248,000 nt of DNA from Wallemia ichthyophaga EXF-994 (lineage: Eukaryota; Fungi; Basidiomycota), in assembly GCF_000400465.1 (NCBI RefSeq), contig NW_008806277.1:20001-268000 (forward strand). Direction: 5' to 3'. Positions 98,525 to 113,848 of the stretch are shown here, piece by piece; within the stretch, counting starts at the first letter, position 1; the number at the start of each line of letters is the position of its first letter. The notes under the pieces are model-generated. The model searched no databases and was not told the DNA's origin. It worked only from the letters and a program-made list of their open reading frames with translations. The position numbers were made by a program, and so were the translations under genes.

Positions 98525-100269
98525 TTACATGAAGAGAACAACTTTCCCGCTGCCATTACCGCCTGCGATGCTCAAATCGTCGAGTCCAGTGAAGGGTTTC
98601 GCCGATACGACAGCCGGTACAGCGGTGATATTCTCCGTATCAACTAAATCAGCAGACGGTGCTCTATCGCCCATTGTCCACATCTCCAACGACCTCTTCA
98701 TAGAAGGAGTGATGAAAGAGGTGGGGACACCAGTCCATGGCGCTGGATTAATCCACTGCATTCTAAAAACCGACAACCATCTCCCCGTTTCGTTGTTGTG
98801 TTTGATCGAATTGACAACGTTGAGTTTATCGTCGAACACCTTAACTGTGTTGTCGAAAGACGTTGACAAAATGTTGGATCCCGTTGGAGAGTAATAAGCC
98901 GATGTGACAGCTTTCCCGTGGATGGTTCTATGCAACATGCCAATTTCCTCGCGATTGTCATAGTACGGTAGATCGTCTTCATCTTCTGTAATAGGTTCGA
99001 GTGTATTGCAATGTTTCTTAACCATTCGCATGTCGAATATACGTACAGCGTGGTCGTTGGAGGCTACACATACCTGCTGCTCGTTGGAGGGGTTGATAGA
99101 GACGGATCCGAGTTTGTTCTTGGACAACACATACCGCACACCCCTATCGCGGGATTCACGCATATCTTTTAGCGACAGTCCGCCTCCGTTGTCAGCTGCG
99201 TGCAGCAGCGAGGGCGTTTGATGGGGTATGTCGAGATGTGTGATTAGCCTATTCGTCTCCTGTTCGTATCCGTCGTTGCTACGGAAGAGTTGGGTCGATA
99301 GCCCACTCTCGAAGTCTAATTGACGGATTGTGCAGTCGTAACTGGTCGTGAATGCCTTCCTACTATCGCTAGCATCAAATCGTATGCAGGAAATAGGTGA
99401 TCCAATCACGTGTGGCTGCAAACGCCATATCTGCGCCGTGTCCTTGTCGGCGTCATATTTTAGTATGCCAAGTTGACCGTACTTGTCACCAGCAAACACC
99501 AGATCACTTTCTTTGTCAGGATGGTACTGCATGCTGTGAATGCGATTTGAGGTAACTTTTTGAATCGTTTTGAATACCAAACTATTGGCTCTTTCTTTGT
99601 ACTTGTGCACTGAATCGCTGCTGTTCGTATCTTTCTCATCTTCGACAGAATGTATGGGACGTGGAATGGCTGGTCGTGATGCCAAATAGCCTGAAAGCTC
99701 CTTCGCTATTAGCTCATCATTCTCGTCATCATCTTCTTCGTCATCCTCATCCTCATCATCCTCCTTCTTGGCTTTCTCCTCCTTTTTCACACTCTCGCCG
99801 CACTTCTTGCTGTGTATGTACTCTACCGGATCGCGCTTAAGTAGCTCGAGTATGGGCATATCATTCCTACGCGTTTCGTGCTCAATTCTCCGCTTTTCAT
99901 CTTTGCGTTGTGCTTCGCGTTCTAGTTCCGTCTCTAGCTGCTCGCGGCTCGCTTTCTTGTCTTCTTCGGTCGTAGGAACGCGTCTGCTCGAACGTCTGGG
100001 TGGGTCTGCAGCAACTGCTTTGTCTGCATCTTCCTCCCTCTTCACCCTCTTCTTGGCTGGTTGCTGCTTCTGCTGTTTCTGCTGCCTGGGTTTCGCATCA
100101 TCACTGTCGTGCGATCGCTTCCCAAACACCTCCTTCGACGCCTCGCCTAGTCCAAGTTGCTCGAGAAGACGGTTGTTCTCCTCGATGTTCTTCAGTCGCT
100201 GTCGCTCACTAGCGTGTATTAGCGGATTGCAGTGAGCGCAGAACCACAAGCGTACTACTCTGAACCCAT
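98525..100269 (-). CDS. CMR1: DNA damage-binding WD40 protein Cmr1/WDR76
   Basis: ERQRLKNIEEN, HNNETGRWLSVF. Confidence 0.85.
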
Positions 100270-100999
100270 TTTGAGCACTTGTTTTGATGTTCGGTGTCGG
100301 TGATTAAGTTTACTGGGTCAGTGGCGATTACATTTGATTGCATCCGATAGCGACTGATAGCAGCTTCCAAATAGACTTTACCTGAGCTAGCTAGTTGATG
100401 ACTGTTTTACGCGTCACTTAACTTATCACTCGCTAATAATTAACAATTACAATATATACCACAATAAAACGCAACAGCACGCGTAAATCTATCCTAGTAA
100501 AAATACAACAAACACAATTCAACCCATTTGCAACCGCAAATCTAAAGCCATCAGAGTCAGTGCAAGGTTTAGCAGCAGTTAGGCAAGGTCTAGTATGAGC
100601 GTCCGGGAATACTTAAGAGGCTTTCGGGAACTTCTCTGCACCGAGTAGACCGAGTTCAAGGGATTTGATGCGCGTATCGTTTATGTAGAACAAAGGCGTA
100701 TACCCGTCTTAGGTAGAGGGTTTAGGGAAATTGGCGAGACCGATGGCATTTTAGAGGGCTTATCGGACTCATATGCCTCCTCAAAGGTTAGAGTGTGATC
100801 ATACAATTCTACGATACTACCTATGGATGATGCTATGATTTGTTACCCGACGGTGAATAATGAGCATTCAGTCACCGATGATTGTTCTGATAGCCATAAA
100901 ACAATCCTTCAACGTCAAATACATCTTCCGTGGGAGTTTTATTTGAATTTCGACTATCACTCTTCTGCAGCCCACTCACATCGAAAACTCGAAGTGTTT

Positions 101000-102560
101000 T
101001 ATCTGCACTTGCCAGAAAAATCTCAAACTGGTTGGCTGGATTGATCGAGACGCTATTTAGTGCTTTAATGGATTAGCTAAATTTTTCAACGGTTTCATCG
101101 TTATTCCGAATGCGCGCTTCAGTGATTGCCAACCTTCCTTGTGAGTCAGACATATAGATGATGTTTGGAGAGTTGTAATGTGCATCTATACCCAACACAT
101201 CAACTGAATCACCTTTAAAAGTCTTGTCGAGCAGACTTGGAGGATCGAAGAGCATTTGGAACACTTTACTCGACACACCAGTCTCAAAATCCAACAACAC
101301 TCGAACCGTTGAATCGGCGCAGACTGTATAAAGTTTACGGTAACAATGAGGATCTAGGAGGTTGTTGTTGATTGAATGACTTCTAACGTGTGGCTGTAGT
101401 CTCCATACTTCAGAATGATTTGCGTGTTTTGTGATACCAAGTTGGCCCTGCTTATCTCAAGTAAAGATAAGCTCAGATGATCGATCTGGGTGGTAAAGCA
101501 AAACAATTGGACTACTAGTCACAGCTTTAGTTCTGCAATAAGGTCTGCGTTTTTCTTTTTGGATCGCTGCTGAGTGTTCAAAACGACAGGAGAAATGCGG
101601 AATCTTGATCGTCTTTGGATCTCTTGAACAAGTTTGTTTTAGGTCATTTTTGGAACAGAACGGAGTTATTAGTGTAGATCAGCAGAGTTTTGCGCGTCCA
101701 ACTGATCCTGATAACACTCGTATTCTGCAGCATCGTCCCAAACATCGTCATAAACCGAGAAAAATACTGCGTCAAGTACGTCCAAACGCCTAGCAAACTT
101801 CCAAAGGTGAACTTTTTTGCGTTACTCTTCAGAATCAACAGAGTAAAGAGTTGGATCTTATTAATAAGAGTATGAATTGAGTGCTCAGAATAATAAGAGT
101901 TATTATCAAGGCTCCAGCGCTCTTCCAGCATTTCACCAAGCCCAGTTTTATCTGGTCTATAAAGTTCGGCATATCTTCTATAGGACTGATTCTTTGCAAT
102001 GATGCTTAGCGATTTATTGTAAGTTGGAATCTTTCGTTCTCTTTCAGGATCCTTATGATTAGTTTGAAATTCACTTGGATTGATGTGCCATGATACCTTT
102101 AATGCCTTTGATAGGAAATGCTTTGTAAATGACGGTAACTATTACAACATAATTGATTGTGATATACTTGTACGAATTACTCTTTACTTTCTGTGCCGCT
102201 TGCTAGCATTCCTCTCTCAATATTCTCCACTGTTTTCCTGTGATTTGCTCAGTTGAGTCTTAAGACATTGTATTTGATACGAACAATTTCTGTTCGCGGA
102301 TCTTTGTCAGTTCCTCAATAAGCTTCAGTTGGTCCTCCTTTGTCAAATTGGCGCCTTGGATATTTCGCACTTTCTCATGAGACTTGTCCAAATTCGTTTT
102401 CAACTCTTTAGCCTGTATTGGGGGTTTGAGGGTGTCAAACTACACGAAACTAACCCGCTCACTGCCTTTGATGCTGCCTGTGTATTACCGCTGCTTATAT
102501 GCTCAGTTGTTTGCGCTATCAGCGGCAGTAATGATCCGAAGCTATCGTCAGCCATGATGT
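101000..102560 (-). CDS. Divergent WD40-like hypothetical protein (introns)
   Basis: Fragmented exons incl. YNSPNIIYMSDSQG. Confidence 0.3.
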
Positions 102561-103031
102561 GATAAGTGAGAGAGTGTATGGTATGTTAATTTTATGTGAT
102601 ATAACCAATACATTTGTGGATCTATAGCGCTACACATACTTGAAAATATAAATCCAGATGGAGTGCAGGTGGCGTGCAAGGCTTCGTGAAGGCTTTAGGA
102701 AGAGATTAATGAACATGTATAATATCAAGCAGCCTCAAAGCAATATGAATAACGCACAAAACCACCCCCTCTCGCCCTCCAGAGAGGTGTAAAAACTTCA
102801 CCCAAAATGACTGAAGGATGAGAATACAAGCGCGAGCAATACAATACCACCCTCATAAACCCCCTGATACTCCCACACAATTAAATATTTGAGTCTTTTA
102901 ATTTTTTTAATTCTCCAGCCTCCGTCTTCGTAAATTTGAGAGGCGCCTTCTTGTCGAACGAGCGTGAGGAAGTGAGTGAATATCTCGTGGCTATAAGGAA
103001 ACACATTGACGGGTGTTTGAAATAGAGCAGT

Positions 103032-103675
103032 ATGGTCAATCTCAGATCTCAGAAACGTATTGCTTCTGCAGTCTTAGGATGCGGTAAACGTAAGGTCTGG
103101 CTCGACCCAGCTGAGCAAAAAGAAATTGCTCAAGCTAACAGCCGTGCCAACATCCGTAAGCTCGCTAAGGTGGGTAACAAGTCTTTTGAATTGAATTTCC
103201 CTCACGAGACTTTCAGGACGGCCATGTCATCCGCAAGCCAGCTTTGATGCACTCACGTTCACGCGTCCGTGAAACTCACGCTGCTAAGCGTGCCGGTCGC
103301 CACACTGGCCTCGGTAAGCGTAAGGGTACCGCTGAAGCTAGGATGCCTTCCAAGGTCGTTTGGATGCGCCGCCAGAGAGTTCTCCGTCGCTTGCTCAGAA
103401 GATACAGGGAATCTGGCAAGATTGATAAGCACCTCTACCACTCCCTCTACCTCAAGTCAAAGGGTAACACTTTCAAGAACAAGCGTGTCCTTATGGAGCA
103501 CATCCACAAGGCTAAGGCTGAGGTCTTGCGTACTCAACGTCTCACTGACTCCGCTGAGGCTCGTCGTGCTGCTAACAAGGCTCTCCGTCTCCGTCGTGCT
103601 GCTAGAGTCGCTGAGAAGCGCTCAGGTATCACTCAAGTCGAGCACACTGACAACGTCGCCGCTACTCAAGCTTAA
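103032..103675 (+). CDS. RPL19: 60S ribosomal protein L19 (1 intron)
   Basis: [23 protein letters not shown]. Confidence 0.97.
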
Positions 103676-103964
103676 ATTGGCACTATTTAAAAGTGGAGTG
103701 TTTTGTTGGGTCACATATCGTCTCACACATGTATATTGTTTATCATTTACGCTCGAAAATTTTTGGTCGTCTGTGATAGTGGCTTGGTCTGTATCGAGTG
103801 GTTATGCGGGGGATTGTATACACCAAATACAAACTTTAACTGCGGCAGATGCACAGATTATATTTTTAGAACTCGGCGGGCTGCCATCGGGAATCGGTCG
103901 TTCGGAAATCCCTCTCGCACCGAATCAGCTAGGGCTGATAGCTGATTACGCTTTCTTATCAACA

Positions 103965-106362
103965 ATGAAATCAGACGACGAAAGTACTTTACACAGCGAG
104001 CGCCACAGCCATAATAATTCACTCAGTAATCTCAACATACGCTGTGGTGGCGATCACACTGGCGATTACGATAAGGCGACGAATTTGGAAATAAAAGGTC
104101 AGGAATTACAGCGGGAGCAACGTACTGATGATCGCGTCTCTGATAAAGGATCAGAAATTAATACCGATAAGCAGCAACAGCAGCGGCAGCACGATGCTTC
104201 TACATCTAATAGCACTCCTGAGCATACCAACAATGGAGAGAATGCAGTCGTTGAGAAGGAACAGCGCACTGATGGTCTCGATGATCAGACAAACTTAATG
104301 CCCCGGAAACAGATCATCGTCGTGTTCATGGGAGTCTCGAGCGCACTATTTATAAGTCTACTCGATCAGACGGTGATAAGCACAGCTTTACCTGATATTT
104401 CCAGCGAATTCCACGCTGCAGGGAAGGGTAATTGGTGCGTAGACCGCTAAGTATCAGCCCTTTGAAACTAAAAAAAATTATGACAGGGTTGCTACATCTT
104501 ACCTGCTCACAAGCACAGCGGTAATAACCTTCTGGTCACGTCTGAGTGATCTAATCGGCAGGAAGTTAGTACTACAAATCAACTTGATCATCTTTTTCAT
104601 AGGAAGTCTAGCATGTGCACTGTCCACTACAATTACAATGCTTATCGGCTTTCGCGCTTTGGCTGGACTAGGCGGCGGAGGAATACTGAACAACGTCATG
104701 GTCATTATCAGCGACATTGTATCATTGCGCGAAAGAGGAAAGGTTAGGTTGAGATGGAGTAAAATAAACCATACTAATCGTAAGCATAGTGGCAAGGACT
104801 TATTGGTGTGATTGTCGCGATAAGTAACAGTCTAGGTCCAATATTAGGGTGAGTTTTTGCCTACGTATGAAATAGACCATTTACACCGCTCTCGACTAGA
104901 GGTGTATTCACTGAAACTATTGGATGGCGCTGGATATTCTGGATCAACCTACCGCTCACAGGTGCTGCTATTTTGATCGTCCAGATATTCCTGCCTCAGA
105001 AACGTATCACATCCAACCCCCGCGAACAGATTAAACGGATAGACTATATTGGCACGATACTGGTACTTGCATCGACTACTCTGACGTTGCTGAGCTTGAA
105101 TTGGGGCGGAAATGAGTATGCATGGGACTCAGCTGTCGTCATTGCACTGCTTGTTGTTGGCGTAGTGCTCATGGTAGTCTTTGTGCTGGTAGAGGCTAGC
105201 AGCTTTATTAATCTACCCATTCTCCCAATGTATCTCTTCAACGATAGGTCCGTCTCAGCTAGCTTCTTCTGCACTTTCTTTAGCGGTACCATCTTCTACG
105301 GGGCTCTTTACTTCCTACCGCATTATTTACAAGTTGTTAAGGAATACAGTCCTTTGCGATCAGGAGTGGTGCTGCTGGGACTGATCCTTACCCAAAGTGG
105401 GTTGTTGATATGTCTCACTCAATAAACGCTAACAAGGCCAAAACAGCATTGTTTTCATTCACATCGGGAGTGATTGTGTCTAAAACTGGAGGTTATAGGG
105501 TGAACATATGGACTGGATTTCTAATGTGGACTATTGGACTCGGGTTATTCACAATGCTCAGCCCGTCAACAAGTATTGCAGAATTCGTTGGATTCTCAGT
105601 GATTTCAGGTGAGACATACCTTGCTTGTTGAGCGAAACTCAATGTGATAAAGGTTTTGGTGCGGGGAATACATTCCAGACGACGTTACTGAGGTTGGTAT
105701 ATTGCTTAATGAAAGACAAGCACACTCAAATTTCGTAGCGTACAGGCTGCTGTTAAAAGGCAAGAGATTGCAGTTGCGACGGGAGGTAAGTGAGACTTTT
105801 CCGAAACATAAATGTAATCAATCTCAAACTAACTGTATCATATACAGGTCGTAACTTTATACGGCTCCTTGGGGGTACGATTGGACTTGCACTGTGCGAT
105901 GTTATATTGAGGAACACGTTGATTACGGGATTACACAGTTTAGGGTCAAGTGTAAGTGAAATCAACGAAATCACGCAGGATCCTACGGCTATTCGGACCG
106001 TTGAAGGGATAGATACCGGGAAGGTGTTGGGGATTTACTGTGACGGAATTCGAAATATATTCATACTATTTACAGCTGCATCGGGTGAGTTATAAGATTA
106101 AGCGGTTTGCGTCGGGTAATCAGACCAATAATTACGAATTTGCAGGCGCGTCATTTGCATGCAGCCTTCTGATTCGTCAATGTAAGTCGCGTACCCATTC
106201 GGTTAAGATGAGATAATCAGATATGACGTAGATGCGTTGGACAAGCCAGATGACCAGATATTGAAGGAGGAGGGTAAGGAATGGAATGAGGAGCGTAAGA
106301 GGAAGAAGAGAATGAGGAAGGGAGGTGGTGTGGATAAGGTGGAGAATGAGGACAAAGTCTAA
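103965..106362 (+). CDS. MFS drug:H+ antiporter (DHA2-type, many introns)
   Basis: LDQTVISTALP, SDLIGRK, SLNWGGNEYAW. Confidence 0.85.
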
Positions 106363-106620
106363 AAAAGCGTCGGCAATTATGTGGAGATAGAGTTGTCTCA
106401 AGAAACCGGCGCAGGAAAGGGAGAGAATTACATGGCTACAGGGAACAAGTATAGAATATATAGATGTACAAATGTGAAATTAATAATTATCGGCCAAAGT
106501 GTGATAATAAAAATCTAACGGATCAAATAAAATTCTCAGCTTGTAACTCGAAGTAAATTGGATTGTTTCTTATAGAAATACTTCCATTAACACACACTCG
106601 TTTATAAATTTAAAGTCTCA

Positions 106621-107788
106621 ATGAATATTACAAACCTTGTCAACAGTGAGGGCAATAGCCATATCACCAAGGTGCCAAACCAGAACAAGCCATTCCAATG
106701 CACCTATGGTACCTGCACCAAGTCATTTGCCAGGAGATCTGACTTGCAGAGGCATTTAAGAATTCACTTGAATGAGAGGTGTGTCCGGTGTTTCAGGGGA
106801 TTACATATGCTCATAAACACCTAATAGACCATTTGGCTGTCCTGTTGACGGTTGCGGCAAAACCTTCATTCAACGTTCCGCCCTTACTGTTCATATTAGA
106901 GTACACACTGGTGAACGCCCCCACACGTGCGAGGAATGCTCAAAGTCTTTCTCTGACTCGTCCTCACTTGCACGTCATAGAAGAATTCACACTGGAAAGA
107001 GGCCCTATAAGTGTCCTATTCAAGGCTGTAGCAAGTCCTTTTGCAGGAAAACCACTCTCACTAAGCATACGAAGCGTAATCACCAGTTACACCTTGAAGA
107101 TAGGTCTCCTTCACCTCAAGTTGACCAAGTTGAGAAAGTTGACAAGTTAGACCACCCACAGCAACCAGCTTTGACTATACCACACACACTCTCGAACATC
107201 CACAACGTACAGCCTACAGAGTGTGTCCCTATCACGCAACCATCCCTCTACTCGCTTTCAATGGACCATAAGCCCCAACCATACATGCACACTCCGATAC
107301 CGCAGCTCTCTTCTTATCAGGATGATTCACCATCCAACTCAACCGTCTTTTCTTCACCAGCTACTCCTTCGTATTCGCAATCGCAGCCAGATTTCTTATA
107401 TACTCAGCCACCACCGCCTCACGCGTTCAATTTCTATGAGTCTGCCTCTCCATTCGTTTACTTGAATACACAGCTACAAGCACAGGCCAAGCACACTCAG
107501 CCTACACACACTCACGCTCATTACACTATAAATCATCACTCACAGCTACTTACTCCGCCTCAGTCTGCTGATCCAAACCAATTCGGTCCTTTCGCTTACG
107601 GTCCACCTCCAATGTCTCCAGTTGGAGTTGAGGACGAATTTGGCACATACCCATTCGTACCACCATCACCACCTCTGACAGGCTACTCGTCCACTCATTT
107701 TGACGAAAACGCTTATCAAGATCCATACCCATCCCAACCACACGTATTGACTGGATTGGGGTTAGATTTGGTACAGGATACCGAGTAG
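106621..107788 (+). CDS. C2H2 zinc-finger transcription factor
   Basis: [20 protein letters not shown] linkers. Confidence 0.85.
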
Positions 107789-108061
107789 ATGTGATCATAA
107801 CTCGTAACTAAACTCTAATTGGGATAATTAGAGTTGTCTCTCATTTCAAGTATCTCAACTTTATCAGTTACGACACTTTCTCAATTTTCATCCTCGTGAT
107901 ACTATCATTCTGTTTGATTTCCGTTCTATTCGTTTGATTCGTTTTTGCGCTTACTCATTACTTTTAATAATCACTTTATATCCTTCTATATACCCGCTTG
108001 GACTATTTAACATCATTTTCACATTCATGAGTGTCATTCATTCGATTAACAGGGAGGCGCG

Positions 108062-109112
108062 TTAGGATTTGTGTTTCTGTTTCTTGTTTTGCTTCTTTTT
108101 GTTAAGCTTATCTTGAGATTTCTGAAACTCTTCCTCCGTGGGTTCATGGACTTGTTCTTGGTCTTCTTCATGGTCCTCTTCCTCCTCCACTGCGCGCTTC
108201 TTTTTATTCTTGGGCTCCTCCTGCTTGTCCTTACCCTTTCCTTTCTTAGGAGGTGCGTATTTAGCTTCTAGCGCGCCGACGAGATTATCAAGTTGGCTCT
108301 TACGTTTATCACCGCGTTGGGCAATAAGCTGAGCGAGAGCGGAGTCACCCTCGTCGCCCTCCTCATCTTCCCCACTTTCCCCACTTTCCTCTTGGAAATC
108401 GCTGCCCAGACCTAGCTCGCGCCTTAGTTCTGCAGCCTGCTCGGCCTCAGACTGAGCCTTGCTAGCGCGACTCTTGCGCGCGACGGGTTTAGACGATCTA
108501 ACGAATTTCTTCGAGTGCGCAAGTCGGCCACCGTCTATTTCACGCTGCAGTATGTCGATGAAGCGCTGCTCATCGTCCAGCACGCTAGCGTGAGGGATAT
108601 TTGCAAAGATGGCGTCGAGATCGCCGTCGCATGTCTCATAAGCGTGTTTCAAGTCGTTCAGTTCATCCTGCGAGCCTGAGCGGGAGTGGGAGAAATTGTG
108701 TTTGTGTTAGCCCCAACTTCTGATACACCCTCTACCCACCTTGATACCGCTCTCGATCTTCCGCTAGAGCTTCCCACGTGACGCGCTCGAAGAGGTCATC
108801 GAAATAATCTTCCCAGCTGTAGTCCTCCCCGATATCCACACCGAGATCTATCGACGATGTTCGGCCAGTCTTGTCGTACTGCTCACGCTTCTTGTCGTCC
108901 GATAGCACTGTATATGCGAAGGACACACGCTGGAATTGCTCAGATGCATCCTGCGATGGATTCTTGTCCGGATGACTCTCAAGCGCTAGTCGGTGGTACG
109001 CCTTCTTTATCGTCGATGTAGTGGGTAAGTCTTCCTGCTGCAATTGTAGCACTGCGTATAGATTCGGTGGGTCGGCACCGAATATCGTGTGCATTGGATC
109101 GCTGCTGTTCAT
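108062..109112 (-). CDS. DnaJ protein (DNAJC9-like)
   Basis: HPD J-domain. Confidence 0.85.
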
Positions 109113-109254
109113 GTTAAGTGCTTCGTCGCGTGTCGCGTGTCGCGTGAACAAGAAGGAAGACGGAGTAATTAAAAAGTGAATTAGATACAATTTGCTTTCT
109201 ATTTGTATTCCTTACTATAAACTATATACCACATACCATAATTTATTCTACACA

Positions 109255-110898
109255 TTATACAGCACTCAACCACGCTTGTTCTGGCAGCACCTGTCTCATT
109301 ACATCCCAATGATGCATAGCTGATTTCTGCTGAACATTGTCGAGCTTCTTAGATTGGCCATCGTGCAAAACATCCTCATTGGAAGCCCCCACATAACCGG
109401 AAAGGTCGATTTCATTGCTAGTGAAACTGCTTAACACCCTAGTGCGCAGTATAGAGTTAAGCGTGTCGGCGCTAGTAGCTGGCCTGAAGTCCAAAGCTGG
109501 TTCAGCAAATTTAGTGCAGAAGACGACCATGTTGAGGAAAACCTCTTCCTCCTCCATCTTCTGGTTGACGGGGCGATCAGAGAAAGCGCGACACTGTGGG
109601 AAGGCGTGGAGGAGGGTGCCTATGACCATTCTTGTAGCTTGAGATGAAGCCACACCGGCAAAGTTGACGCCCAACACACCGCTCTCTTTCATTCCGTACT
109701 TGATTTGCTGCCATGACTCAGTCGTGTAAAGTCTTCCAGGCACACCTCCGCCTGTAAATACATCGTGGATCACATAGTCGAATTTGTCACTCTCACTGTC
109801 CATATCGACGATCCATTCTATCACTGCTCGACGCGCATCCGCCAACTTGAGGTGTTTGGGTGAAGGTGCTCCGAAATACTCCAAAGCATAATTGTAGACG
109901 GCTGGATCTATTTCTACAACTGAAAGTTCCAGGCCGTGCTTATCGAATGCAGTCGCTGAGACACCAATGCCTAATCCGATGATCAACGCTTTCTCCTGCT
110001 CGTTGAGCTGTTGGTGTTCCGGTCTATTAACAAGTCTGACTGCTTCTTGGAGAAGGAAAGTGGTGTAAATACTCTCGCTGTTGTTCACTACAACCTCATC
110101 ACTCAAGTCTACCTTGTTTCCGTATTGATTGATGAGTGACTCCTTTGATGGACCAACCCAGAGTCCACCAAGCAGGCTGTGATCAGCACGCATATACCTG
110201 AAACCTTGAGCTGCGTCTTCGCCGATGATTATCTGACCAGTAACTGACTGTGTGCGTGCGAGGATTGGATGGCCATCGACAGCCTCCCTTGGTGCAAAGT
110301 TTGAGATGGTGATAGCGAGCAGAATAACAGGGATAACAAGTAAGTTGCGTGATTTGGAGCTTGAGAAGATGCTTTCATTCTCAGCCTTACCAACGCCTAA
110401 AGAAATCAGGACAGAAATGAGTGCAGCTGGTAGAGAAACCAATTTGAGGAAGACAACGGGGTCTTGAGGCATGAGTGGAGAGAGGAAACCGCGTGTGAGC
110501 AATCTAGAGAAGCTAGTTTCAATGGAAGGGAACATAAATGAACCAATCAAAGGGAGAGCGTATTGGAATGAATCCGGACAGAGCTTTAGAAGATGTTCAT
110601 AGAGGTTGATAATGGCGAATATCCAGCTAGGGGCTTGGAGAATGGACCAGGCAATCCTAGGACCCCAAACGACACCCAATTGAGAAGACTTATTCGCAAT
110701 CAAGCGTATAGTGAATGGATTTGAAATAGCGCAGATGATTGCAACAGCGAATGGCTTCAAAGTCTTCCTAATCTTAATAGCTTTTTCGTTGTGCATTGCA
110801 AGTGGCAGAGGGAGTACAGATAACAAACCAGTGAGTACTTTATGCGGGGAATCAGTGTTTATACCGCCAAAGATGGGATTGAGGGATGATTTGATCAA
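109255..110898 (-). CDS. Membrane-bound spermidine-synthase-like methyltransferase
   Basis: IIGLGIG, VVEIDP, IHDVFTGG. Confidence 0.75.
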   Translation of the reverse strand: MIKSSLNPIFGGINTDSPHKVLTGLLSVLPLPLAMHNEKAIKIRKTLKPFAVAIICAISNPFTIRLIANKSSQLGVVWGPRIAWSILQAPSWIFAIINLYEHLLKLCPDSFQYALPLIGSFMFPSIETSFSRLLTRGFLSPLMPQDPVVFLKLVSLPAALISVLISLGVGKAENESIFSSSKSRNLLVIPVILLAITISNFAPREAVDGHPILARTQSVTGQIIIGEDAAQGFRYMRADHSLLGGLWVGPSKESLINQYGNKVDLSDEVVVNNSESIYTTFLLQEAVRLVNRPEHQQLNEQEKALIIGLGIGVSATAFDKHGLELSVVEIDPAVYNYALEYFGAPSPKHLKLADARRAVIEWIVDMDSESDKFDYVIHDVFTGGGVPGRLYTTESWQQIKYGMKESGVLGVNFAGVASSQATRMVIGTLLHAFPQCRAFSDRPVNQKMEEEEVFLNMVVFCTKFAEPALDFRPATSADTLNSILRTRVLSSFTSNEIDLSGYVGASNEDVLHDGQSKKLDNVQQKSAMHHWDVMRQVLPEQAWLSAV

Positions 110899-110960
110899 AA
110901 AGGATTGGAATGATAATAAATAGGCTGTAATAGCGAATAAAGATGCTGTAATTGGGTTTG

Positions 110961-111149
110961 TTAGCGTATAACCACCTTACGTACGAATCCCCCACCAAGT
111001 TTGAACATTCTTACAAATGTGAACTGTTGTACGTAATCGATATTTCTAGCTTGATTCTCATTAGCCATGTGAAGCGCATCCATCAGTGTCGTTGGTTTTG
111101 CTGGCTGGGATGGCTGGGCCGGTTCAGATGCCTTCTTCTCTTGGGACAT
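110961..111149 (-). CDS. Small hypothetical protein
   Basis: 62-aa ORF between two genes. Confidence 0.35.
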   Translation of the reverse strand: MSQEKKASEPAQPSQPAKPTTLMDALHMANENQARNIDYVQQFTFVRMFKLGGGFVRKVVIR

Positions 111150-111246
111150 GATGGGCGTGGGTGGATAAGGGGCAATACAAACGTAAAATGAGAAATTAAA
111201 TCAATTTTATTTGTTTGTAATCGTCGCTTTAAATACATCTTCTAAT

Positions 111247-112895
<1,649 letters not shown>

Positions 112896-113004
112896 TTTTA
112901 CTATTTTTCAAGTTGAAGACGAGAGAGAGACCAAGTGGATTGCTACTCGTCGCTTTCAAGAAAAAATTAATAAAATTTATAAAAATGGCTTCCAAGAATA
113001 TTAA

Positions 113005-113676
113005 ATGCGTAGTGTGAGTTTGTTTGTATTTAAATATAAGCAATAAGCTTATCCAATCTCAACAGCGTCGGCGATGGTGCTGTTGGAAAGACGTGTCTGC
113101 TGATATCTTATACGACGAATCAGTTTCCAGTGGGTTATTTATTGTGTCTGGCGGTTCCATTCACTTAATTGCCTTTAGAGCGATTACGTACCCACCGTCT
113201 TCGACAATTACCAAGCCACGGTCCTTCTCGACGGCAAGCCTGTCCTCCTTGGCCTCTGGGATACTGCCGGTCAGGAGGATTACGACAGGCTGAGGCCCCT
113301 TTCATACCCCCAGACGGACATATTCCTTTGCTGCTTCTCTATCCACTCTCCCGCCTCGTTCGAGAACGTCAAGTACAAGTGGTGGCCGGAAATCTCCCAC
113401 CACGCTCCAGGTGTCCCTATCATCCTCGTCGGCACGAAGCTCGACCTCCGATCCGACCCGCAAGCCGTCAATGCCCTTAGAGCCCGTAGAATGGAGCCCA
113501 TTTCCTTTTCTCAAGGCGTTGAGCTTTCTAAAGACATCAACGCAATCAAGTACCTCGAGTGTTCCGCACTCACCCAAAAAGGCTTGAAAGGCGTCTTCGA
113601 TGAGGCTATCCGTGCCGTTTTGGTGCCTCAGGGACGCAAATCAAAGCGGAAGCAAAGAGGTTGCGTTTTGATTTGA
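113005..113676 (+). CDS. RAC1: Rac/Cdc42-family GTPase (micro-exons)
   Basis: [40 protein letters not shown]. Confidence 0.8.
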
Positions 113677-113848
113677 TGTTATTCTCTAAACAATCTTGGA
113701 TGGGTTGTAAGCGAATGCTTCTCCACACCTTCTCCTCGTGCTAACGTATACCTCTCCTAAAAACACCGGCACAAGTCTCTTGTAATGTACATACATGAAT
113801 GAAATGAATGAATGAATATATGCATCGTCTTTCTCACTATCTTTTCTT